From positions 81,778,001 through 81,842,000 of the forward strand of contig NC_043001.1 of the NCBI RefSeq assembly GCF_006345805.1: a stretch of DNA of 64,000 nucleotides, read 5' to 3'. A program made the translations under genes and the position numbers. Shown one piece after another: positions 1 to 13,261 of the stretch (position 1 is its first letter; each line of letters opens with the position of its first letter). This stretch comes from Octopus sinensis (taxonomy: Eukaryota). The notes under the pieces were generated by a model. That model saw only the letters and a list, made by a program, of their open reading frames with translations, made no database searches and was not told where the DNA came from.

Positions 1-12
1 TATATATCTATA

Positions 13-360
13 TCAACGGGCATCCGTGCCAGTGGCACATAAAAAGCACCTTTCGAGAGTGATCATTACCAGTGTCGCCTTACTGGCACTTGTGCCAGTG
101 TGCAGGTGGCATGTAAAAAAAAAAAACACCATTTGGGCATGGCCGTTGCCAGTACCACCTGACTGGCCCTTGTGCCGGTGGCACATAAAAGCACCCACTA
201 CACTCTCGGAGTGAATGGTGTTAGGAAGGGCATCCAGCTGTAGAAACTCTGCCAGATCAAGATTCGAGTCTGGTGCAGCCATCTGGTTCGCCAGTCTTCA
301 GTCAAATCCTCCAACCCATGCTAGCATGGAAAGCGGACGTTAAACGATGATGATGATGAT
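13..360 (+). mobile_element. SINE-like family B (internal tandem units, (GAT)n tail)
   Basis: Ends ...CATGCTAGCATGGAAAGCGGACGTTAAACGATGATGATG; about a dozen copies in the window. Confidence 0.75.
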
Positions 361-449
361 ATATATATTATATACCTTTTAAGAGAAATGGTCATACCAA
401 GGTAGGGCCTCCAAGACAGGCAAGAGATAGACAAGAAGCCTTACCTTAC

Positions 450-457
450 CTTAAAGC
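450..457 (-). CDS. Caskin: Candidate 8-nt Caskin microexon GCTTTAAG
   Basis: Context tagtctttttcag|GCTTTAAG|gtaaggtaag, with tandem donors. Joined to the 12-nt exon it gives EASPGFK. No transcript support visible. Confidence 0.3.
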
Positions 458-1580
458 CTGAAAAAGACTAGACTTTGCTAAAGAAACTCAAGGAACAAGA
501 CAGTGATGTTAAACCAGTAATGGATTAAATCTACCACTCAAATAGGTCATGCTGAGATTTGAACTCAGAACACAAAAATCTAGAACAAATACTGCAAGCA
601 ACCCAGTTTGAAATTCTTACAGTTCCATCGCTTCACCACCATGGACTGGTACTTTGTTATTGATCCCCCAAAAAGATAAAAAGCTAAGTTGAATGCCATC
701 TGGCAGCTAAAAACATAGACAGTAACCCAGTTCAGAGCTTGAACCAACTACAGCATCTTTGTTGTAGTTTGTTGTTGTTTAGCCCTATGTCAATACTGAC
801 CATGCCAAACTATGATTAAAGTCTTTACAGTCTTAGCTCTTCTGATTTTGATTTTAGAAAAAATTTAAACCATGTTTATCTGGAAGGAAATGTCTTCATT
901 ATTTTATAAAAATATATCTTGAGAGTGTGATTTGAGGAAGATTTGACTGTTGTTTCTAGTAGGCAAAGGGTCCCTCTTTGTTATCCAATGTCTTCGCCAT
1001 GATAATTCAATGTAATTCAAGGAGGTGATTCCACCCTTTAGCATTCAGGTTATTCTGTCAAATGTAACAAATATTCATTCGCATTGATTTAATTAATTAT
1101 ACATTATCTCATGGCTTTGAGATTTCAATGATCTATTGTTTATGTTTTCAATAACATTGTAAGGTATGTGTGAGAGGCAGGATCTGACCAGTTTTGATAT
1201 GAAACAGAAAATTTGGGGCCAGATATTCATCATCGTCACTTACCATCCGTTGTCCATGCTGGCATGGGTTGGACAGTTTGACCAGAGCTGGCAAGCTGGG
1301 GAGCTGCACCAGAATCCAGTCTGATTTGGCATGGTTTCTATGATTGGATACCCTTCCAAATGCCAACCACTTTACGGAGTGTGCTTGATGCTTTTCATGT
1401 GATGCCACACAGGTGCTTTTACATGGCACCACATGGGATGTAGTATCCTGGTTTAAATACTAAAGGGTTAAGGAAGATTTGACTGCTCTTTCTAGCAAGT
1501 GTAGGATCTCTCGTTTCATAAGAACCATTTTGAAACCAACCAATAAATTAGCTTAAAAAGCCTTATCTTACTTTCTATAC

Positions 1581-1975
1581 TTTTACTCTTTTACTCGTTT
1601 CAGTTATTTGACTGTGGCCATGCTGGAGCACCACCTTTAGTCGAGCAAATCAACCCCAGGACTTATTCTTTGTAAGCCTTAGTACTTATTCTATCGGTCT
1701 CTTTTGCTGAACCGCTAAGTTACAGGGACGTAAACACACCAGCATCGGTTATAAAGTGATGATGAGGAAACAATCACAGACATACAAACATATACATATA
1801 TACATATATACGACAGGCTTCTTTCAGTTTCCGTCTACTAAATCCACTCACGAAGCTTTGGTTGGCCCAAGGCTATCGTAGAAGACATTTACCCCAAGAT
1901 GCCACACAGTGGGACTGAAACTAGGACCATGTGGTTGGTAAGCAAGCTACTTACCACACAGCTACTCCTATGCCT
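1581..1975 (-). mobile_element. SINE family A (tRNA-like head, central (GT)n, GTAAAAGA tail)
   Basis: Full-length reverse copy of the most abundant repeat; well over 15 full or partial copies in the window. Confidence 0.8.
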
Positions 1976-2980
1976 ATAGATATGGTGCATCGGCCGGGAT
2001 CAGAGAACAGTCAATACCACACAGTTTGATTTTCTACAGATGGATGCCCTTCCAGTCACCAAACTTTCCCAGTAAGGTAATATTTCTCATGACTGTACAT
2101 ATTTCCACAGAAGATCGGAAATGAAGGACACTGCTTCTATGACAGGGACGCTCATTTACCACTTACGTACAAGACTCAAACCACCCATGCACACACACAT
2201 GCATACATAATACACACACGCTAAAGTGCAACTCAAACTCCCCCCCACCTGCAGACCCTCCTTTGCGATGTCCCTGGCTCTTCTATACTGCTCTAGTCCT
2301 GAACAGCCACCCCAGGCACCGGCACCCTTCACACCCATCAGGATGAAAAGGGTAATTCACTTGCTACAGATTAAACTACTCAGATATGAATTAATTCTGC
2401 CACCATTGCCAATACACACTCAAACACACACAACAGGTTTCTTTCAATTTCCATTTTCCACATCCACTCACAAGGCTTTGTGGTTGGCCCAGGGTTATAG
2501 AAGAAGACATTTGCCCAAAGTGCCACACAGTAGGACTGAACCTGAAACCAGGTAGCTGTGAAGCAAACTTCTTGACCACATAACCATGAACTGTATCTAA
2601 AAACAGTATCATTTTTATTGAAATGTTTTACTTAAAACTTAATATTCTCAATAAATATTCGAAAATCTAAGACAATTTGATGAAGAAAACAAACCTGCTG
2701 ATAAGTGGACATAACTTGAAAGTATTTGCATTAATTCTAGATTAAAAAAGGGAAACTAAATAGGTGATGCTATGCTAGGCGTCCAGCTGCAGAAAAAAGG
2801 TGGTGGTGGTGGAATACAGGTATGGCTATGTGGTTTAGAAACTTGCTTTGTAACCACATGGTTGTGGGTTCAGTCTCACAGTGCAACATCTTGGGCAGGT
2901 GTCTTCTACTATAGCCCTGGGCCAATCAGTGCCTTGTAAGTGAATTTGGTAGACAGAAACTGTGTGGAAATCCATCATGC

Positions 2981-3011
<31 letters not shown>

Positions 3012-3493
3012 TGTGTGAGTATGTATGTGTGCTTGTGTCAGTGTTTGCCACTGCCTCCACTGCTTGACAACCGGTGTTGGTGTGTTTACATCCCTGTACC
3101 TTAGCAGTTTAGCAAAAGAGACTGACACAGTAAGTGTCAGGTTTTACAAATAAATACTGAGGTCTATTTCTTTGACTAAAAGCCTTCAAAGCAAGCAATT
3201 CAGTATGACCACAGTCCAATAATAACTGAAACAAGTAAAGACAAAAACCCCTAACAATTCAGATCAATGTAAGAATTTGCAGAAATATAACACCCACACC
3301 AACAAGAAAAAAAAATGAATATTGGAAATTGTATTTTTTCTTATTTTTTTTTTTAAGAAATATATTCCATGTACAACATAGCATATATGTATATATATAG
3401 TTAGTTATCATTAGAGAATTAACATTTTCTACATTAACCAAAAAGACTGTAGCCAGTAGTTCTGACTGATCTTTGAACAACCTATTTTCTTAC

Positions 3494-3505
3494 CGGGGCT
3501 TGCTT
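3494..3505 (-). CDS. Caskin: Candidate 12-nt Caskin microexon AAGCAAGCCCCG
   Basis: Long pyrimidine tract then cag; donor G|gtaaga. Read in phase 1 it gives (E)ASP(G), like the EAS linker before the Caskin SH3 domain. No transcript support visible. Confidence 0.35.
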
Positions 3506-3864
3506 CTGATTCCGTGAATGAAGATAATGGTGAGGAGGAGAGAAGAGAAAAGTTGCAAACAACTCTCTGATGAAGAGAGCTACTTTGATAAAGGGAAACA
3601 ACCCCTTCAACAGTTTTTCAAAGTGTAATAGGCTCTTATTCACACATAGGCACAAGGTCACTGTTGTTGTTTAGCATCAACCAAGACTTGATTGAGAAGA
3701 TAAATTCAAGATCAAAGACATTCCATTTATGACTATATTGATTATATCATTTTATTTTTTCCCACATCTAATTGTGTCTAGGACTATATTATTCAGTGTT
3801 AGTGGCAGTCACTGCTTAAAGGAGAGGCCTGGTGAATTGAAATTTGTAGTCTATGAACAAATGC

Positions 3865-4090
3865 TATCTATCCATCTATCTATTGATCTACCTATCAATC
3901 TCTCTACCAATCTATCTCTAATTGTCTTATCTATCTATCTACCTATATCTATCTATCTACCTACCTATATCTATCTATCTATCTATCTACCTACCTATAT
4001 CTATCTATCTACCTATATCTCTCTATCTACCTATCTATCTACCTATCACTCCATCCATCTCACTCTCTTTTAATCTACCTATATCTACCT
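3865..4090. repeat. (TATC/TACC)n microsatellite
   Basis: Directly visible. Confidence 0.9.
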
Positions 4091-5175
4091 TGCTCAGTCA
4101 CTCTCTAATCTAGTTCAGCTCATTACCATCTTGAGTTCAACTCAAGCTTACGATTTTAAAACTTTATATGAGCATATATACGCATGCACGCACGCACACA
4201 TACATACACACACACACACACACAGAAGGTGTAACTAATTGTAAGAGTTATATAAGAGAAATCTGGTAACATTAAACTATGAACATTAATATCAAAAGCT
4301 ATTTTGAAAAGATAAAGGGAAACATTTAACCTAACAACAACAACGCGAACAACACAACTGGAGGACAATACAACAGAGCGAGGGAGGAGGAGAGGGAAAG
4401 AATAAAATGAGAAATTTAGGACGAGCACTCCTCTAACAAAAGCATTTATTAAAATCATGCGTTTGCATTTTAGTTTGAGAAAATATGAAGAAGATAAATG
4501 GAGCTCTTTTTTCTTTCTTTTTCGTTATAAAACATGAACAGATATGGTAATAGGGACAGAAAGTTGGTGACAGTTTAGGGATTAGCCATATTTTAATAAG
4601 TTAACTGGGTTAACCAACCAATGTTAATGAAAAGTTTACGTAGTTGTTAACACATTGAAACATTTTGATTGAAAGTTCACAAGGTGGAGAGGAGAGGTAA
4701 GCATGGCCGTGTAGTTTAGAAGTTATATTTTGCAGGCCACATGGTCCTAAGTTTTGATGGTACTAGGAAGAACTTTTCAGGAGGTGTGTCTGTCTCTTTA
4801 CTGTAGACTTAGATTCACCAATACCTTGTGAGCAGAATTCGGTAAATGGAAACCATGCAGAGGTGTTTCCAATAAAACATCATCATGTATGTGTGTGTGC
4901 ATGAAAAAACATTTGAGCGAGGTCGTTGCCAGTGGTGCTGAACTGGCTCCTAGCGTGGCTGTTGCCAGTACTGCCTGACTGGCCCTCGTGCTGGTGGCAT
5001 GTAAAAGCACCCACTACACTCTTGGAGTGGTTGGCGTTAGGAAGGACATCCAGCTGTAGAAACTCTGCCAGATCAGATTGGAGTCTGGTGCAGCTATCTG
5101 GTTCGCCAGACCTCAGTCAAATCGTTCAACCCATGCTAGCATGGAAAGCGAACGTTAAATGATGATGATATACAC

Positions 5176-5215
<40 letters not shown>

Positions 5216-6354
5216 CTGTAGTGTAACATAAGAATTCATAGAATTGCATAGAAAGCTCTTTCAGTGGCCTTGGCTAACAGACCAGATCACATAGTAATCC
5301 AATATAGAGTTCCATGCAGTTCAATCACTGATGTAATCTTATAAGCTAGCTAGCTTCATCTGCATTGATTTGTGAATATACAATTGTACAGGTATAATAA
5401 TGCATAGTATGCATATTAGTACAGACACGCAAACATAATTTCTTATGCATTGAAATTATTATTACATGATGAAGGCTGCGAAACAGCTGTAATCCTAACA
5501 ATGACAAGTGGCTAAATAAATATATTCACCTGATTTTGTCCTCATTCTTGATCACTCACTCTCTCTTTCTCTGGCTGAGTGACCATGTACACCCTCTACA
5601 GCAAGATACTTGTTTCTGTCTCTCTGATACAAGATCACCTCTTCCAATTCCCCCTCCCCTCTCAAAGGATCTTTGTCTTGCAAGTGACTCGGTGGCCGTG
5701 CCAGTTCTGGTGTCGCGTAAAAGGCATCCAGTCCACACAATGAAGTGGTTGGCATTTGGAAGGACTTCCAGCAGTAAAAACCATGCCAAAACAGACCTCG
5801 CCTGTACTCATGCCACATAAATTTGCTGGGTGGTTGCTGTTTTGGTGTTAGGAAGGGCATCCAGCTGTAAAAGCCATGCTAAAACAGACAGAAGTCTGGT
5901 GCAGTCATCTGCATGGCCAGCTCCTGTCAAACTGTCCGACCCATGTCAGCATGGAAGGTGAATGTTAAATGATGATGATGACCTCTCAGATCTCCTGACT
6001 TTTTAAGGTATACATTCATATATATATATTCAGCCATGTATCCTCTTGACAGCAAGACACCTATGCTTGTCCCTCCATCATACGTTAACCTTTCAAAACC
6101 TGACACAAAGCCACCCACCTTCACCTTTGTTCTCCCCTCAGAGCTTTTTCTTTTTTTCCCCCTGTTCCTTTTCTAGCTTGCAAATTTACATGGGAACTTC
6201 ACAAACACCAGTGGCATCAAGAAACAGCCTAGTACACTCTGTAAAGTGTACTAGTTGACAAGATTCGGTGAGCTGCAAGGCTGCATCAAGCTCCAATGTC
6301 ATCATTTTTATGCAGCACCATTACCAGTACTTTTTTACATGACACCAGTATGAT

Positions 6355-7035
6355 AGGCTTCTTTCAGTTTCTTATTTATTTATTGCCCACAGGGGGCTAA
6401 ACATAGAGGGGACAATCAAGGACAGACAAAGGGATTAAGTCGAATATATCGACACCAATGCATAACTGGCACTTAATTTATTGACCCTGAAAGGATGAAA
6501 GGCAAAGAAACACATCCAAGTCACACACACACATTGTATTTTCCGGAATACAAGGTGACAGTTTTTGTATCTGGTTTGCAAGACTCTTTATGTTAATTTG
6601 TGTGTTGAAACAGTGTATGTTAATAATCTTTTCTACTCTTGGCACAAGGCCCAAAAATTGGGGGGAGGGGGCCAGCTGATTAGATCAACCCCCGTATGCA
6701 ACAGGTACTTAAGTTACCAACCTCGAAAGGATGAAAGGCAAAGTCGACCTTGGCGGAATTTGAACTCAGAATATAAGCATTTCGTCCAGCATGCTAATGT
6801 TTCTTATTTCTTTATTGCCCACAAGGGGCTAAACATAGAGGGGGTAAACAAGGACAGGCAAACGGATTAAGTCGATTATATCGACTCCAGTGCATAACTG
6901 GTACTTATTTAATTGACCCCGAAAGGATGAAAGGCAAAGTCAACCTCAGCGGAATTTGAACTCAGAACGTAATGGCAGACGAAATGCCGCTAAGTATTTC
7001 GCCCGGTGTGCTAACATTTCTGCCAGCTCGCCGCC
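6355..7035 (-). mobile_element. SINE family C cluster
   Basis: Three reverse copies containing GAAAGGATGAAAGGCAAAGTCGACCT. Confidence 0.7.
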
Positions 7036-7643
7036 TTCTTTCAGTTTCTGTCCACACACAGGTCTTTGGTCAGCCTATAGCTATAAAGGAATCACTTGCA
7101 CAAAGTGCCCTGCAGTGGGACTGAACCCAGAACCCTGTGCTCAGGAAGCAAACTTCTTAGTACACAAACATGCCACACCTATAATACATACATACATACA
7201 TACATATATCTTTTATCTTCTACTTGTTCCAGTCATTTGACTGCAGCCATACTTGAAGGCACTTGAAGGATTTTAATCAAACAAACCAACAAGACTTATA
7301 TTTTTGAGTCTGGTACATACTCTATCAGTCTCTTATGCTGAACTGCGAGGTTACAGGGACATAAACACTGGTTGTCCAGTGATGGTGGGAGAGACACAAA
7401 GACAGGCACACATAGCTATTTATATATATGTATATATGTGTGTGTATATATATATATACAAAAAAATCTATATTATTTGTCATTTATGTTTTGGTTTATG
7501 TCTATCACTGTTTGAGTTGCATAATAATGGTTTTATCTCTAATTTATATTTTATATATTTATACTGTGAAATTTGATTTAATACTAAATTGAATTTTTCC
7601 CTGTAAGTTTGGAGTTATACTCCCTAATATTATTATTATTATG

Positions 7644-7687
<44 letters not shown>

Positions 7688-7852
7688 GCTTCTTTCAGTT
7701 TCCATCTACCAAATCCATTCACAAGTCTTTGGTTGGTCCAAAGTTATAGGAGAAGATACTTGCCCAGAATGCCACACAGTGGGACTGAACCTGGAGTCAT
7801 GGGGTCGGAAAGCAAACCTCTTACCACAACCACACCACACCTATAATATGTA

Positions 7853-7889
<37 letters not shown>

Positions 7890-9361
7890 TCTTTTATAAC
7901 AATGAAATCATTGCCTTACTGGGTTTGAGTAGTTATTTTACAAAAGGATAATTTCTCATAAAGTCCAGAATAAAAGAAACACACACCCCGCCTTTGCACA
8001 ACCACGACGATCACAGCTTTTCAGCTACAATCTATTTATAAGACTGTTAGCTAATTGTGTTATGTAACAACAGAATTAAATATGTCAGTATAACCCCCTG
8101 TGTCATCATATTTCCAGGCACAAGCTTGACTATTGTGTCATTTCAGAAAGCCAGGTTGTGTAAACAACCTGAAAAGCAGGATGAAATTTTACCAAAACAA
8201 TATTACACAATAAAAAAAAAGAATAAATAAAAAATAAAGTAAAAAAAAAAAACTTTGCTTTAGACATTACTGCCACTTGACTAAGATATATATCTGCTAC
8301 CTTTAACGTGTATCAATCATTGAATTGCGGCCATGCTGGGGCACCGCCTTGGAGGGGTACTTTTTTTTTGTTTTTTTTCTAAAGCCTGGGGCTTAACTAT
8401 CAGTCTGTTTTGCTGGATTGCTAGGTTGCGGCGATGTAAACACACCAACACCCATTGTCAAGTAGCGATGAAGAACAAACACACACACACACACATAAAC
8501 GACAAGCTTCTCTTAGTTTCCATCCACCAAATCCACTCAGGTCAGTCTGAGGCTATCGTAGAAGACACTTACCCAAGGTGCCACACAGTGCAACTGAACC
8601 CAGAACCATGTGGTTGGAAAGCAAGCTTGTTACCATGCAGCAATGTCTGTGACTATATGTATGTACAAGCAAAACGCTCCTGTCCAATGGACGGTTCTGA
8701 GTTATCAAACATTTAAACCAATTTTCTCAAAACAACTTGTCCGACCGTCCCATTTTGTGGCATTATTTCAAGCCAGCCGGCTTTTTTTGCACAAACTGCA
8801 CATGCATTTTTCTCACATACGCATAGTATCGATTGCAACAGCTGATGTACTTGCGCGTACAAATGCACGTTTACATGGCTTTATCGATCGCATTTTCACC
8901 TGGAATCGATTTTTGTAATTTTTTCAAGACTTATATATACCCTGATACCATCGGTATCTACATATCAAATTTGAGCACAATTGGATGGAGGATGCCCGAG
9001 ATCCTAGAAGACACACACAGACAACGGATTTTATATAATAGATATATCATCATCATTGTCGTCATCATTTAACATTAATTTTCTATGCTAGATTGGGTTA
9101 GATGGTTTGACAGGAGCTGGCTAGGCAGAAGTCAGCACCAGGCCTCACTGTTTTGGCAATGGTTGGATGCCCTTCCTACCACCAAACACCCCACAGAGTA
9201 AACTGAGAGGATTTTTATGCGACAGCAGCACTGCCAAGGTCCATTTTGGTATGGGTTTTACAACTGAATGCCCTTCCAAATACCAGCTACTCTATAGTGT
9301 GGACTGGATGCTTTTTATGTGGCACCACAACTGGTGGGGGTCACCAAATAACTTGCAATAA

Positions 9362-9398
<37 letters not shown>

Positions 9399-10809
9399 CC
9401 TGTGTTTGTCCCCCGCCAGCACTTAACATATATTTCATGGAATTGTCTTTGTGCTGTTGAAGGAGACAAGGTTGGCCACATTGGTTTGGCCACATTGCAG
9501 AATGCTTTTGAGGTTCACAGAGGTCAATGTAGATTTGTATATACATAAGACGGATACACAATGTGAATATAAGTGTATAGGGGAGATGTTTGTATTAGGG
9601 CAGTGATATAACATGGACAGGTGTGTATATAAATGTATAACAGATGTGTATAGAGGGAAGATGCGCATATAGAACAGATGTGTGATAAGACTGATATATA
9701 ATTTTGGTTTCAAATTTTGGCACAATGCCAGTAACTTCAGGGGAGGGGTCAAGTCAATTACATTGACCCCAGTGCTCAACTGGTCCTTATTTTATTGACT
9801 CTGGAAGGATGAAAGGCAAAGTCAACACTGGTGGAACTTAAACTCAGAACGCAAAGGTGGACGAGATGCTGCTCAGTATTTTGCCTGTTGCATTAACAAT
9901 TCTGCCAGCTCACCACCTTATGGATAGACATATATTAACAGACATGTATACAGAGATGTGTGCCAGGGAGATATATATATATATTGTTGCTATTATGCAA
10001 GTGTTGTTAATCCAAAATGTTGCTTTTTCAGAAAACGAAAAAGTAGTTTCACCATTCCATTTTTTACATTAGCAACAGTTTCAGCTTAACAACAATCATT
10101 CTTAGGTGCATAAACTCATAACTCCATGCATGTGAGAAATATCTTTGCAAAACTGTCTTATGTGGGCCTTACTACACTTTTGGAAAATGCTAAACCATTG
10201 TACGACACTTTGACAATTTTCATATCTCGGTATCTGAAGCAGCTGGAGATATAATAATTTGACCAAAAGAACTGGCAATTGCAAGCAAAATTAAATATTG
10301 CAAAAACGCATTTAGCTAAATTTGGACATACGATTGTTTGACATAACAGCAACATATATATATATATATATATGTTTATTGAAATGGATAAATGAATTAT
10401 CTTGTTAAGGATTTTTCAAAATTTAACCGAAACCTGGGTAGCAAAAATCACAACAGAAAAAACACGGTTGAAGTTACGACCTTGGGGTGTCGCAACCGTG
10501 CCTTAACGCGGATAATTGAAGTTTAATATATTTAGTGATGGGAAGAAATGGAGCTGAACGAAGATTCTACAGAATTCCTTTTATTATTTTCTACACGTTT
10601 TGGATTTTTAAATTCCTGGATTTCCTGAAAAGAATGCTGCAAAATGGTCTCCTTATTCAATCCGAATTTGGAAATTTGCGGCCTTTGAAACATGTGTAGA
10701 AAATAATAAAAGGAATTCTGTAGAATCTTCGTTCAGCTCCATTTCTTCCCTTCACTAAATATATATATATATTAACAGATGGGAATTCCAACCACTTCTT
10801 GTGGTTTGC

Positions 10810-11390
10810 TACCTCAACAGCTCCTTTATAGGATCCAGTGGCTAAGGACATCATCAGGAGGAACCATGTCCGGTTTTGTCCCCTACTCCTCTACAGTTTT
10901 TGACGTGGTGGTGTCTTCAGCTCTGGTGTTGAATGCATTTTTTTGCTTTTTTCTTTGGTTTCCTCAATGCAGCATCAACAAATGCCAACAGGCGAATGAC
11001 CACCCTGCCAAATTTCCCTTCAAATACTTGCTGGTAGGCATTGGCAGCCAATGCCAGCTAACTGTCACATGACACAATCTAAATTTCAACTGACCAATGA
11101 AGGGAAAGGGCATGTAGTTCTGGTCTGCGCCCTCTCAAGACCTACCTTCCAACAGAGCCGTGTTAGTTTCAGTTACAATAGCCAGAGTAACCACTAGGTG
11201 TCTAGTGGTTCAAGCCTTCAAACTATCGGGGAGAAGGGTGTGCAATGAATGAAATGGTTCCCTTGGTCCACCTGTCAAGCAGCAATGCAAATTAAGTGCC
11301 AGCCAGCCTTACCTAGCAATGCTATTTCCCAGTCGGCATGTTATGGCTTTCAAGCCATTTTGAGTCTTCTCATTTCAGCCATGTATAGAA
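10810..11390 (-). mobile_element. Old degraded RTE-like LINE C-terminal fragment
   Basis: Frameshifted minus-strand remnants (LLYMAE..., EGRS.., ALAAN..QQVFEG, K-rich end) resembling the RTE/BovB ORF end. Confidence 0.45.
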
Positions 11391-12085
11391 GCTGGGGGGG
11401 AAGGAATAACTGTGTGGGATAGATATGTAATATTGGTTTCATATTTTGGCACAAGGCCAGCAATTTCAAGTGAGGGGATAAGTGAATTACACTGACACCA
11501 GTGCTCAACTGGTACTTATTTTATTAACCCCAAAAGGATGAAAGGTGAAATCGACCTCACTGGAATTTGAACTCAGAACAAGAGTGAAATGCTACTGAGC
11601 ATTTTGCCCGGGATGCCAATGATTCTGTCAGCGCACCACCTTAGATAGATATATATTAACAGTTATGTAGCCAGGGAAGATGTCTGCATGGGATACATGT
11701 ATAATATTAACAGATGTATATACAGAAAAGATGTATGGGATAGATATACAATATTAACAGATGTGTATATGGAGAAGATGACTTTATTAGGAGAATCATA
11801 ATGTGGACAGTTGGGTTCAGGGGCGATACCTATATTAAAATAGACATGTAATATTGATAGATATGTGTAGGAGAAGATTTCTAAACTAGGACAGGCATGG
11901 TACTAACAGATATTCACAGGATAAATAACTGTATTAGCACAGATATATGATCTCAACAGAGAGGTACAGGAGAGAAATTGTTATCAATATAGATAAGTAA
12001 TACAGACAGGGATGTACATGAGAAACATCTGTATTAGAATAGATGTGTGATATATACAGATATATTTGCACGAGTCAAGTGGTAT

Positions 12086-12600
12086 AGTTAAGTTAAGTTA
12101 ATTTTTTGGCTCAAAAAGCAAAAAGCAAGGCCATGTAGGGGGACATGGAGTTATGTACAGGGAGGGTGTTCATGCAAAGAGTTCAGGCCATTTCTGATCA
12201 AGAGCAACTTTGAACCGAGCGGTCGTCGGCATCTTCACTATCTCGTCTGGCAGCTTATTCCACGGATCCGCAACCCGGACGGAGAAAGCCCCTCTCCTTC
12301 GATTGAGATGAAATCGTCGCAGATAGAGCTTTTCGGAGTGACCCCCGCAGCCGACGCTCTGGAGCAGGAGTGAAGAACAGCTCTTTCAAGAGGTTACACT
12401 TTCCGCTTATGATGTTGTGAGCGAGAATGAGATCACCACAGCGTCATCGTTTTTCTAGAGAATAAAGGTCGAGCGTCTTCAGCCTTTCTTCATAAAACAA
12501 ATGCTTGAGACCAAGAACCACACGGGTAGCCAGCTTCTGGACTCTTTTGAGATGATGTATGTCTTTGAGGAGTGAATGTCGGTGTAGATGATATTAACAA
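12086..12600 (-). mobile_element. CR1-clade LINE 3' fragment
   Basis: Minus frame reads ...[42 protein letters not shown]...FSVRVADPWNKLP..., the CR1 RT C-terminus, followed by a 3' UTR and (AACTT)n tail. Confidence 0.85.
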
Positions 12601-13261
12601 ATGAGTACAAGGGAGATGACTGCTGGTATAACCATGTGGTGCAAAGAAGATGGCTGCATCAGTCTCTTTTACTTGTCTCAGTCATTTGACTGCAGCCATG
12701 CTGGAGCACCGCCTTTAGTCGAGCAAATCAACCCCATGACTAATTATTTGTAAGCCTAGTACTTATTCTATCGGTCTCTTTTTCCGAACCGCTAAGTTGC
12801 AGGGACGTAAACACACCAGCATCTGTTGTCAAGTGATATTGGGGGGACAAACACAGTCACACAAACAAACACACACATATATATACATATATACGACGGG
12901 CTTCTTTCAGTTTCTATCTACCGAATCCACTCACAAGGCTTTGGTTGGCCCAAGGCTATTGTAGAAGACATGTGCCCAAGGTGCCACGCAGTGGGACTGA
13001 ACCTTTTGAGTCACATGAGATCATAGTCGTAGCCAATGCTAATGTTGTGCCAATGGCATGTAAAAAGCACCCACTACATTCTTGGAGTGGTTGGTGTTAG
13101 GAAGGGCATCTAGCCGCAGAAACCATGTCAAATCAGATTGGAACATGGTGCAGCCCCAACCTCTGCTCCCAGTTTACTAGTTTTCAGTCAAACAATCCAA
13201 CCCATGCCAGCATGGAAAACAGATGTTGAATGACAATGATGATGATAATGATAAGTTAACC

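Noticed and set aside
13-230. CRISPR-like array of palindromic units
   Set aside because: Units are internal to a dispersed eukaryotic SINE-like family, the 'spacers' are homologous to each other, and no cas genes are present.
3563-3600. CTGATGA...GAAAC hammerhead-like string
   Set aside because: No stem II pairing between the core halves.
4260-4300. 'AFDINVH' as the missing GIDIN ankyrin exon
   Set aside because: No continuing ankyrin similarity and no suitable donor.
8100-8175. Strong minus-strand acceptor (cttttcag at about 8170) as the next Caskin exon
   Set aside because: The required phase gives KLFTQPGFLK then a stop; no ankyrin similarity and no clear donor.
8665-9046. Possible Helitron/Lep1-like non-autonomous element
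   Set aside because: Only the ...CAGACAACGGATTTTATATAATAGAT end is suggestive; single copy here and no diagnostic termini.
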